Of a stretch of 36,719 nt of DNA, positions 18,239 to 26,198 are shown piece by piece. The first letter of the stretch is position 1. Every line of letters begins with the position of its first letter. This DNA is from a candidate division WOR-3 bacterium (GTDB lineage Bacteria; Hydrothermota; Tepidihabitantia; Tepidihabitantales; CAIPLT01). The notes under the pieces are model-generated. The model was not told the origin of the DNA. It saw only the letters and a program-made list of their open reading frames with translations, and ran no database searches. A program made the position numbers and the translations under genes. The DNA lies in the NCBI GenBank assembly GCA_965649215.1, contig CBFGJZ010000002.1:66407-103125 (forward strand). The letters run 5' to 3'.

Positions 18239-20011
18239 ATGTCAGTTATTACAAGAATGCGTCGTTGGAGCAAATTTTTATTTATTTTAGTGGCGGTGGT
18301 CTTTGTTTTGGGATTTTTATTAGGCGAACTATGGCAGATTTTAGGTCGTCGGGGAAGTGAGAATATGCTTGCCAAGGGGATTGTTGGCAAAGTTGGCAAA
18401 AAGAATATTACTTTACAGGAATATCAAAATACTTTCGATTATTTAGCTGCAAAACACAAAGTAGAGAATAATGTGCAGGAATTGTCCAAACAGGATATGG
18501 AAAGGATTAGCCAACAGACTTGGCAGTATGTTACAGAACAGAAAAACTGGGCAGATATTTTAAAGAGGAATAAAATTACAGTTACCGATCCAGAACTGAT
18601 TGAAATAATCAAAGCGAATCCACCCCAAGATCTACGGATGCGAGAAGATTTCATGACCAACGGTGAGTTTGACTATCAAAAGTATCAAGAATATATTTTT
18701 GCGCCTGAAAATCGTCTCCGACTTACATTGTATGCCTACGAGTTATCAGTAGGGTTACCCCGAGAAAAGTTTCGTTTAGATGTGGTTAATAGTTATCGTG
18801 TAACGAGTAATGAGATTAATGATGCGAAGATAAAAGAAAACACCGCGCTTAAAGTGAGTTATCTGTTGATAACTTCTAAAGTCCTACAAGAACAATATAA
18901 ACCAAGCGAAGCGGAGATTAAATCTTATTACGAGAAAAATAAAAAGAAATATGAACAAGATAAAAGATATCGAGTTCGGTATGTCTTCTTCCCGTTAACC
19001 ATAACTAAACGGGACTCGCTTGAAGTTGAACGGTTAATGCAAGATATTTATCAGTATACTCGTAATGAAGAGTTTACGAATTTAATCCGTGAATTTTCAG
19101 ATTTTCCAACCGATACGATAGCACGGTGGTTTAAGATTAAAGAGATGGATATACCAACTCAAAATGCTTTGGCAGAATTAAAAAACGATTCGATCACTCC
19201 ACCATTTCTTACATCTTTTTGGCAGATTATAAAAGTTGATAAGAAAATCAAAGATAGCGTTTTAGTAAGAAAAATCATCAAACGGATTGAAGTGAGTCGG
19301 GAGACCGAATATGCTCTACGCGATAGTATCGACAATTTTCTTAATCAAGCCCACAGTATAGATTTTGACACATTGTGCCAATCCTATGGACTTGCTTTGC
19401 GAGAATTGCCGCCTTGGACAAAAGAACGGATTAATTTTCCTTCTTTATATAATCAATCGCCCTTAAAAGAGTTTATCTTAAAATCAAAGCCAAAAGCAAT
19501 TTCACCTGCTTATAAAGGGCGGGGTGGTTATTTCGTCTTTCAATTAATGGCAGTCGAGCCGAAGCAAATTCAGCCGTTAGAGCAAGTTAAATCATCGATT
19601 GAATGGCAAATCCGTCGGGATAAAGAAAAGGATTTGGTCAAAGCCTATGCTGAACAAATTATGGATAAGGTGCGGCAGGGTATCTCGTTAGAAGAAATTG
19701 CTCAAACTGATAGCCTGATTGAATTTCATACAGAAGAGTTTAATAGTTTTCGTGAATGCCGTAACCGTAAAGGTTCTCAATTTGCAGGCACAGCTTACGC
19801 TTTAAATCCTGGTGAAATTTTTGGTGTGTTAGCAACTGAGATCGGTTCCTTTATCGTTCGCTGTGATGAGCGTAGGGAGAATCAAGTCTTTGATGAATTA
19901 ATATTCCAAGAGAATCGTAAGACGGAAGTTGGAAATCGAATCTTTCAACATGTGATTAAGCAGCCAGAAATTGTTGATTATCGGAGTGCTGATTTCTTTC
20001 AATATTATTAA
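18239..20011 (+). CDS. membrane-anchored PpiD/SurA-family periplasmic chaperone
   Basis: N-terminal TM after MSVITRMRR, VGKVGKKNIT, FMTNGEFDYQKY, PSEAEIKSYYEKNK, degenerate rotamase-like repeats, PLEQVK. Confidence 0.85.
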   Translation: MSVITRMRRWSKFLFILVAVVFVLGFLLGELWQILGRRGSENMLAKGIVGKVGKKNITLQEYQNTFDYLAAKHKVENNVQELSKQDMERISQQTWQYVTEQKNWADILKRNKITVTDPELIEIIKANPPQDLRMREDFMTNGEFDYQKYQEYIFAPENRLRLTLYAYELSVGLPREKFRLDVVNSYRVTSNEINDAKIKENTALKVSYLLITSKVLQEQYKPSEAEIKSYYEKNKKKYEQDKRYRVRYVFFPLTITKRDSLEVERLMQDIYQYTRNEEFTNLIREFSDFPTDTIARWFKIKEMDIPTQNALAELKNDSITPPFLTSFWQIIKVDKKIKDSVLVRKIIKRIEVSRETEYALRDSIDNFLNQAHSIDFDTLCQSYGLALRELPPWTKERINFPSLYNQSPLKEFILKSKPKAISPAYKGRGGYFVFQLMAVEPKQIQPLEQVKSSIEWQIRRDKEKDLVKAYAEQIMDKVRQGISLEEIAQTDSLIEFHTEEFNSFRECRNRKGSQFAGTAYALNPGEIFGVLATEIGSFIVRCDERRENQVFDELIFQENRKTEVGNRIFQHVIKQPEIVDYRSADFFQYY

Positions 20012-20056
20012 AAGATCATTGACAATTAGTAGAGTTTAAGTTAATAATAATATGAT

Positions 20057-20129
20057 GGTCCTATCGTCTAGTGGTTTAGGACATCACTCTTTCAAGGTGA
20101 AGACACGGGTTCGACTCCCGTTAGGACCA
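20057..20129 (+). tRNA. tRNA-Glu(UUC)
   Basis: Acceptor GGTCCTA/TAGGACC, anticodon loop CT-TTC-AA, GGTTCGACTCC; TTGACA at 20019-20024 upstream; CCA not encoded. Confidence 0.97.
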
Positions 20130-20135
20130 AATTTT

Positions 20136-20208
20136 GCGGGAGTAGCTCAGCTGGTAGAGCATAACCTTGCCAAGGTTAGGGTCGCGAGTTCAAATCTCGT
20201 CTCCCGCT
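20136..20208 (+). tRNA. tRNA-Gly(GCC)
   Basis: Acceptor GCGGGAG/CTCCCGC, loop TT-GCC-AA, discriminator U. Confidence 0.97.
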
Positions 20209-20263
20209 TTAAATTTGGAAATAGTGTTTTAGAAAAAATCACTATTCCCCGTTGATTGAGATT

Positions 20264-20336
20264 GGCGGCATAGCCAAGTAGCTAAGGCGGCGGTCTGCAA
20301 AACCGCTATTCATGGGTGCAACTCCCATTGCCGCCT
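20264..20336 (+). tRNA. tRNA-Cys(GCA)
   Basis: Acceptor GGCGGCA/TGCCGCC, loop CT-GCA-AA, U73; atypical T-loop TGCAACT. Confidence 0.95.
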
Positions 20337-20349
20337 GTTAATAATATAA

Positions 20350-20436
20350 GCCGGGATGGCGGAACTTGGTAGACGCAAGGGACTTAAAATCCCTCGTCCA
20401 TTTATGGACATGCCGGTTCAATTCCGGCTCCCGGCA
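20350..20436 (+). tRNA. tRNA-Leu(UAA)
   Basis: Acceptor GCCGGGA/TCCCGGC, loop CT-TAA-AA, long variable arm GTCCA-TTTA-TGGAC. Confidence 0.97.
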
Positions 20437-20456
20437 GATAATTTTATTTACAGAAT

Positions 20457-20529
20457 GGGTCGTTAGCTCAGTTGGCAGAGCACCGGATTTTTAATCCGGT
20501 GGCCGCAGGTTCGAGTCCTGCACGACCCA
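20457..20529 (+). tRNA. tRNA-Lys(UUU)
   Basis: Acceptor GGGTCGT/ACGACCC, anticodon arm CCGGA-TTTTTAA-TCCGG. Confidence 0.96.
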
Positions 20530-20553
20530 TAATTTTATTTAGTGAGGAGAGCA

Positions 20554-21036
20554 ATGGAGATTAAAAGTATCAAAATCACAAAACCAGCTGAAGTTAACAT
20601 TATTATCGGACAAGCACATTTTATTAAGACGGTTGAAGATTTATATGAAACCCTTACGAGTTATGTTCCTAATATTAAATTTGGTATTGCTTTTTGTGAG
20701 TCATCGGGTCCTTGTTTAGTGCGAAGTGATGGTAATGACCCAGAATTAATCCGATTAGCCGAAGAAAATGCATATAATTTAAGTTGTGGCCATACTTTCT
20801 TTATCGCTTTAAAAAATGCTTTTCCTATTAATGTACTTCAACAAGTCAAAGCGGTGCAAGAAGTCTGTTCGATTTATTGTGCCACTGCGAATCCCGTAGA
20901 AGTGATTATTGCAGAAAGCGCTCAAGGCCGAGGAATTTTAGGAGTGATTGATGGTGAAAAATCAAAAGGCATTGAAACGGAAAAAGACAAACAAGAACGA
21001 AAAAAGTTTTTAAGAGACCTCGGATATAAAAGATAA
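20554..21036 (+). CDS. adenosine-specific kinase family protein (DUF355); start revised to 20554
   Basis: NIIIGQAHFIKTVEDL, FGIAFCESSG, AFPINVL, IYCATANP, GRGILGVIDG, RKKFLRDLGYKR; SD GAGGAG before ATG 20554. Confidence 0.9.
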   Translation: MEIKSIKITKPAEVNIIIGQAHFIKTVEDLYETLTSYVPNIKFGIAFCESSGPCLVRSDGNDPELIRLAEENAYNLSCGHTFFIALKNAFPINVLQQVKAVQEVCSIYCATANPVEVIIAESAQGRGILGVIDGEKSKGIETEKDKQERKKFLRDLGYKR

Positions 21037-21116
21037 TCTTTGTCGTAAGATCGCAATAAATTTATTGCCACCGCGGTATTTCTAAATTAAAAATTAAAAA
21101 CTAAGGGCAGGATAGT

Positions 21117-21344
21117 AGGGGTAGGTTATTTGGTTGATTGTTTAGATCATAACTTAGTCCATAGAATGATTAGTAATATAGTGGATAATTTAATAGTTAA
21201 TCGAATAGATAATCTTGTAAGTGAGTTATTTTATTGTTTGGTAAGTAACTTATCAGTTAATCTATGAAGTAAGCCCCTAGGCTACCTGATAGGCGACCTA
21301 GTAGATAAGCTTGTAGGTGACTTTTTAATTGACAAAGATGGTTA
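21117..21344. repeat. degenerate 12-bp tandem array, about 19 units, consensus near YYTAGTAGRTAA
   Basis: In-register units such as tatagtggataa, tcgaatagataa, tcttgtaagtga, tttggtaagtaa, cctagtagataa, gcttgtaggtga. Confidence 0.7.
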
Positions 21345-21461
21345 AAGTCTGCTTGGATATTTAATTTGAGTTTCATTATTTAGCTAAATAATGAATGCTT
21401 TTTTAGAGAAGGTAAATTGATATTGATAATAATCGCTCAGATTACTTAGTTTGAAATTAAA

Positions 21462-21810
21462 TGGAGGCGGCGGGAATCGAACCCGCGTCCGAAGCGTTCG
21501 AGATTTGAATTCTACATAGTTAGTTATTCTATAGTTCTCGTCGGTTCTTTAACCGAATAACAGGTTTGAACCAACCAGCCTTAACTTGAAGATCCAGTTT
21601 CAACTGTAAGGCGAAGTTGAAACCTTAATCACCCTCATCGACCCTTAACCAATCCCGGGTGAGTGAATTGGTAAGAGTGGTTGCTTAATTAAGCAGCCAT
21701 TGCATAGCTGTTATTGGCAGCTGTTTGTTCTTCGGTTTTTTTACGAGTTCCCGAAGCAACTCGCTATGCCTTCAAACCTCTCAGTCACTCCGTCAACACC
21801 ATTCGCCCCC
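21462..21810 (-). ncRNA. ssrA: tmRNA; tag peptide (A)ANNSYAMAA* at 21718-21689
   Basis: 5' GGGGGCGAATGGTGTTGAC, 3' GGACGCGGGTTCGATTCCCGCCGCCTCCA, G3-U alanine identity pair, tag ORF ending GCT GCT TAA. Confidence 0.97.
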
Positions 21811-21818
21811 TTTTTTAT

Positions 21819-21846
21819 ATTATATTTGTTATTGTGCTTATGTCAA
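21819..21846 (-). promoter_or_regulatory. ssrA promoter
   Basis: TTGACA-N16-TATAAT, 8 nt before the mature 5' end. Confidence 0.85.
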
Positions 21847-21908
21847 TAGGGTTGATATTGAACAAAAGCACTAAATTAGAATTTAGATTTTATTATAAAA
21901 TATAACTC

Positions 21909-21936
21909 TTGACATTATAATAAAGATTTGTAAAAT
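21909..21936 (+). promoter_or_regulatory. promoter of the exbB...porV locus
   Basis: TTGACA-N16-TAAAAT; SD AGGAGG before ATG 21996. Confidence 0.7.
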
Positions 21937-21995
21937 TATATGATAATTATGAAGCATATAAATATAAAAACTTTATTTTATAAGCAGGAGGAAAA

Positions 21996-22619
21996 ATGAT
22001 ACACGAATTTCAAGCTGGTGGCGGTATCATGTGGTTTTTATTAGCGTGTGCCGTGTTAGGTATCGCGCTACTGATCGAACGCATTGTTACAATCTTTGTG
22101 AAGATGCGTTTAAATACAAAAACTTTTGTCGCAAATCTTATTGAAACGATTGATAAAGGCGGTGTTAAAGCAGGTATTGAAATGTGTGATAATACACCTT
22201 CGCCAGTTGCCAAAGTGCTTAAAGCAGCATTAGAAAAAGCAACGGGTGGACGAGCTTTAATGGAAGATGCGGTCTTGCGTTCGTCGGCAACCGAGCTGGC
22301 ATTTCTTGACCGTGGTATGGGTCTTTTGGGTGGCATTATTACCGTCGCCCCATTTTTTGGTTTTTTAGGCACAGTGACCGGAATGATTCGAGCATTTGCC
22401 GCAGTTGCGGCAGTTGGTGAAGTTGAACCAACGGTTGTCGCAAGCGGTATTTCTGAAGCCTTAATCACAACCAAATGGGGTTTGATGATTGCGGCACCAC
22501 TTTCCATTATCTTTGTTTTAATTCAAGGTAAAATTAATTCGTATACCCGAGAAATGGAAGCATCGGCTTCAACTTTAATTGATTATTTAGCCGAGAAGTT
22601 TGTCTGTACTCCAAAATAA
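21996..22619 (+). CDS. exbB: MotA/TolQ/ExbB proton channel
   Basis: GGGIMWFL, APFFGFLGTVTGMIRAF, VASGISEALITTKWGL. Confidence 0.93.
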   Translation: MIHEFQAGGGIMWFLLACAVLGIALLIERIVTIFVKMRLNTKTFVANLIETIDKGGVKAGIEMCDNTPSPVAKVLKAALEKATGGRALMEDAVLRSSATELAFLDRGMGLLGGIITVAPFFGFLGTVTGMIRAFAAVAAVGEVEPTVVASGISEALITTKWGLMIAAPLSIIFVLIQGKINSYTREMEASASTLIDYLAEKFVCTPK

Positions 22620-22649
22620 TTAAACAGACAACAAGATGACGGAGGCGAA

Positions 22650-23057
22650 ATGAAATTTAGAGAGCGGCCTTCAACGAAGATATCGATTCCGACCGCATCA
22701 TTAGGTGATATTGCGTTTTTAATTATCATCTTTTTTATGACGACTTCGATTTTCAGTCGTGAGAAAGGTTTGAAAATTGTCTTACCAGAAAAAGGTCAAG
22801 AAGTAAAGATTAAGAGCGAAAACATTCTTACCATTTCAGTAAATCCGCAAGGAGAAGTTTTAATTAAAGATGCGATTGTCTCGATTCCTGATGTGAAAGG
22901 GATTGTTGAACAGGAATTAGCTCAAAACCCTGATTTAGTGATCGCTTTACGAGTTAGTCGGATGGCACCGTATCGAACGATGATTAATGTTTTTGATGAA
23001 CTGAAACTTGCCAAAGCAGAAAAAATAAGCTTAATACCAGTGAAAGAAGGAAGTTAA
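22650..23057 (+). CDS. exbD: ExbD/TolR protein 1
   Basis: SLGDIAFLIIIFFMTT TM with the conserved Asp; GLKIVLP. Confidence 0.92.
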   Translation: MKFRERPSTKISIPTASLGDIAFLIIIFFMTTSIFSREKGLKIVLPEKGQEVKIKSENILTISVNPQGEVLIKDAIVSIPDVKGIVEQELAQNPDLVIALRVSRMAPYRTMINVFDELKLAKAEKISLIPVKEGS

Positions 23058-23059
23058 TT

Positions 23060-23473
23060 ATGAAACGCATTCAACGCATTGCCAAATCCCAGCCTGAAAT
23101 CACAACCGCTTCAACATCAGATATTGCATTTTTATTAATTGTCTTTTTTATGCTCACGACAGTTTTTCGAACTGAAATGGGTTTAAAAATTACCTTGCCC
23201 ACTGCTCAAGCTACAGAACGGATTATGAAAAGAAGAAATGTTGCCCATGTCTGGGTTGATAAAGCCGGTCGGATTTCAATTAATGATAACTTCTTAGATT
23301 TGAACGGCGTGATTTCTGTTGCCCGTTCGAAATTTGAAGATAATCCTGATATTATTATGGTGGTACGCGCAGATCAAGATGCAGAATATGGTAAGGTTTC
23401 TGATATTTTAGAAGCTTTAAAGGAAGCTGGTACTTTAAAGATTACTTTTGCAACTGAATTCGAAATGAAGTAA
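23060..23473 (+). CDS. exbD: ExbD/TolR protein 2
   Basis: STSDIAFLLIVFFMLTT; RADQDAEYG; KITFAT. Confidence 0.92.
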   Translation: MKRIQRIAKSQPEITTASTSDIAFLLIVFFMLTTVFRTEMGLKITLPTAQATERIMKRRNVAHVWVDKAGRISINDNFLDLNGVISVARSKFEDNPDIIMVVRADQDAEYGKVSDILEALKEAGTLKITFATEFEMK

Positions 23474-23551
23474 GTGCTGATTATGAAAGATGTAGGTTTA
23501 AAGTTATGCAACTATAATGACCTATATAAGGTCTAATTAAGAGGGGAGAAT

Positions 23552-24169
23552 ATGAATAGATATGCTGATTGGGATAGTTATTATGCATATGCGTTGCGCT
23601 ATAGTATTATCGTTGCACTCTTAATCGTCAGTTTAGCGTTTCTATTATTACCCAAAGAGTTTATCTATCAGGCTTATCAATTAAAAAGAGAAACGACTAC
23701 TATTGCTGAAGAACTACCACCCGAGTTAGAAAAAATTGCTGAACCACCACCAGTTGAACGGCCCAAATTACCAGTCGCGGCAGAATCACCAGAAGAAGTC
23801 GAAGCTACAACCATTGAAAAGACCGAATTTCAAGAAATTGTAAAAAAACCGGCGGAAACCGATATTCCAGTTGTACCGTATTGGGTAGTTGAAGTAAAAC
23901 CACAGCCAATTAATATTCCGAAACCTGCTTATCCTGATTTGGCTCGACAAGCAGGAATTGAAGGTAATGTGGTAGTTAAAGCATTAGTTGATGTTGATGG
24001 TAGTATAATTGAAGTGGAAATTTTAAAATCGTCAGGTAATAGTTCTTTAGATCAAGCAGCACTATCGGCAGCACGAGAAGCAAAATTTAGTCCGGCAAAA
24101 CAACGAGATCAATTTGTTCGGGTCTGGGTTTCTATTCCATTTAAATTCAGTTTAACGAGCGGTAAATAA
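23552..24169 (+). CDS. tonB: energy transducer TonB
   Basis: N-terminal TM, Pro/Glu-rich linker, PAYPDLARQAGIEGNV, LDQAAL, FSPAKQ..VWVSIPFKF. Confidence 0.93.
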   Translation: MNRYADWDSYYAYALRYSIIVALLIVSLAFLLLPKEFIYQAYQLKRETTTIAEELPPELEKIAEPPPVERPKLPVAAESPEEVEATTIEKTEFQEIVKKPAETDIPVVPYWVVEVKPQPINIPKPAYPDLARQAGIEGNVVVKALVDVDGSIIEVEILKSSGNSSLDQAALSAAREAKFSPAKQRDQFVRVWVSIPFKFSLTSGK

Positions 24170-24182
24170 GGAGTATAAAATA

Positions 24183-24338
24183 ATGATGCGAATCAATGTA
24201 TTAACTTTAAAGAGAGGGGTGATTCGCAATCATTATAAAATATTAATTTCAAGAAAGGAGGGGTTAAGACAAAACAAACAAACTCTTAATCTCATCCCAA
24301 TTAACACGATTGGGAAATTAAATTTATGGAGGTCGTAA
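24183..24338 (+). CDS. candidate 51-aa basic small protein or leader peptide (not in the ORF track)
   Basis: SD TAAGGAG 9 nt upstream; frame open across the whole gap; stop overlaps the next start (TAATG). Confidence 0.35.
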   Translation: MMRINVLTLKRGVIRNHYKILISRKEGLRQNKQTLNLIPINTIGKLNLWRS

Positions 24339-26059
24339 TGAAAAAACTATGTGTATTATTGCTCTTAGTAGCAATAGCAATAGCAAGCAACAATTATCGA
24401 CGAATCCAAACCGTCCTACCGTCATTAGATGACAAAATTGATAACACAAGAGCGGTTCTAAATATTTCACGCAGTGACGACAATCCCCAAGATCGACCAA
24501 TTATTGGCCGTCAAGAAGTAGTTGGTTATACTGATTATGACTGGTGTTTTAATGGGCCGAATTATAAGATGTGTATTGTCGATCCAGTTGCTAACGGTAT
24601 TCATGTTGCTTGGATGTATCGTCAGGGAAGTAATCCCCGCAATATGCGTTATAATTTCTATGATTTTTCAACCAATACTTGGAACTGGCCCGGCACAGGT
24701 GTAAATGTTCATACAGTTTCAACTGGCTTTGGCGGCATGGATAATGATCCAATAACTGGTCATGCCGTGATTACTGGTCATGGTACAATCAGTGGAGTTT
24801 TAGTACCAATTGTTGCCAGAGATATTTCACCAGGAGCAGGATTATTTGAGTATTCTAATCCGACTTTTTCATCGCTTTGGCCACCAGTAGGCGTAACGAA
24901 TAACCAGATGATTCATATTGCTCCGACTTCTAATGACCCAGGCGGGCTACGCGATACTGTTTATTATATGCGTATGACGGCATGGAACACCTGGGACGCA
25001 CCATATTTGATTCATGATAATGCGACAATACCCAATTTCCCAACTCAAAATATTGCTGCATCTAAAACATCTAATAAAGTTGTGGTTTTGTGGGAATGTT
25101 CAGAAGATCCTTATCCAGAAAGAGCGTTTTATCGCCTTTCGACCGATGGTGGTGCAAACTGGGGCGCAATTACGCAAATTCCATTTCCACCTTCATACGG
25201 TGGTATAGTGCCTGGTTATCATATCTCATCATTATATGCAATTTTTGATAACAACGATAATCTACGGATTGTTGCTTCAGTTTCTGATACTGGTTATACG
25301 CTTCCTGCTCAAATTTGGATGTACAGTCCGCATTTAACGAATCCTTGGACTTTAATTCATCATTATGATGCTGATACTTTAACGGCACCAGTTGGTTACA
25401 ATGCTATTTTTGCGACTCGTCCAACTGTTGCTCAAGCACCAAACGGCAACTTTGTTGTTGCTTGGGAACAATTTGATTCGCTTAATTATGAACCGACAAC
25501 CAATTTAGCTCGAGCCGATATTCATGTAGCTGTTTTAACAAATAACGGCCAGACCGTTGCTCGTAAAGGTAGAATTACCGATCCGAATACTACTTCAAAA
25601 CGATTCCCGTCAATCGGTGGTGTTAAGAACGATACCATTATTCTAATGTATATGATAGATTCAGTTGCAGGTTCAGTAGTTCAAAGTCAAGGTCCCCTTA
25701 CCAATAATCCAATTGTCGTGCATCGTCTGCACATGAACTCATTACCTGCAGCGGTTGACGAATACAACCCAACTCCAAGTTATGAACTAGCATTAAATAA
25801 AGCCCAGCCCAATCCATTTAGCAATCACACGGTAATTCGTTATTCACTACCCACAAATACTAATATTGATTTGACCATCTATGATATATTAGGTAGACCA
25901 GTTAAAACCCTTGCCACTGGTTATGTCAGTGCTGGTAGTTATACTGCAATATGGAATGGACGAACCGATAACAATGAACTTGCCAAACCAGGTATCTATT
26001 TCTACACCTTAAAGACAGCTAATCGACAGATTTCGCAAAAAATCGTTAAGACCAATTAA
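24338..26059 (+). CDS. secreted Asp-box protein with T9SS/FlgD-Ig CTD; paralog 2; start revised to 24338
   Basis: SD GGAGG, signal peptide MKKLCVLLLLVAIAIA, STDGGANW, APVGYNAIFATRP, CTD QPNPF..IYDILGRPV..WNG..GIYFYTL. Confidence 0.85.
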   Translation: MKKLCVLLLLVAIAIASNNYRRIQTVLPSLDDKIDNTRAVLNISRSDDNPQDRPIIGRQEVVGYTDYDWCFNGPNYKMCIVDPVANGIHVAWMYRQGSNPRNMRYNFYDFSTNTWNWPGTGVNVHTVSTGFGGMDNDPITGHAVITGHGTISGVLVPIVARDISPGAGLFEYSNPTFSSLWPPVGVTNNQMIHIAPTSNDPGGLRDTVYYMRMTAWNTWDAPYLIHDNATIPNFPTQNIAASKTSNKVVVLWECSEDPYPERAFYRLSTDGGANWGAITQIPFPPSYGGIVPGYHISSLYAIFDNNDNLRIVASVSDTGYTLPAQIWMYSPHLTNPWTLIHHYDADTLTAPVGYNAIFATRPTVAQAPNGNFVVAWEQFDSLNYEPTTNLARADIHVAVLTNNGQTVARKGRITDPNTTSKRFPSIGGVKNDTIILMYMIDSVAGSVVQSQGPLTNNPIVVHRLHMNSLPAAVDEYNPTPSYELALNKAQPNPFSNHTVIRYSLPTNTNIDLTIYDILGRPVKTLATGYVSAGSYTAIWNGRTDNNELAKPGIYFYTLKTANRQISQKIVKTN

Positions 26060-26070
26060 ATATTCTTATA

Positions 26071-26111
26071 TTATCCTCCAGCCCTTTTGCACGAAAAGGG
26101 CTGGAGGATAA
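26071..26111. other. perfect 18-bp intercistronic stem-loop lacking a + strand U-tract
   Basis: TTATCCTCCAGCCCTTTT-GCACG-AAAAGGGCTGGAGGATAA. Confidence 0.85.
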
Positions 26112-26198
26112 AAGCTTGCTTAACTAAATAGTGAGCAAGAAAAGAAGGAAGGTTTTAGGAGAAGGAAAATATTGCTCACTATATAAGAAGGAGGTGTA

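Noticed and set aside
20217-20250. Hairpin between tRNA-Gly and tRNA-Cys as a separate ncRNA
   Set aside because: Short spacer stem of the kind common in tRNA operons; no independent promoter
20052-20255. 67-aa ORF
   Set aside because: Overlaps tRNA-Glu and tRNA-Gly
21117-21344. CRISPR array, or selenocysteine read-through at the TGA
   Set aside because: Units are contiguous 12-mers without spacers, no cas genes are present, and no convincing SECIS-like hairpin or selenoprotein context is evident
20057-21810. Prophage or island integrated at a tRNA or tmRNA
   Set aside because: No integrase and no duplicated tRNA/tmRNA 3' end seen in the window
21714-21905. 63-aa ORF
   Set aside because: Antisense to tmRNA and its promoter
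22010-22507. 165-aa minus-strand ORF and the other short nested or antisense ORFs in the track
   Set aside because: Shadow frames of well-supported genes, with no SD or recognisable motifs
23474-23536. In-frame 20-codon extension after the exbD2 stop (read-through)
   Set aside because: TAA stop at the normal ExbD length; such a short open stretch is expected by chance
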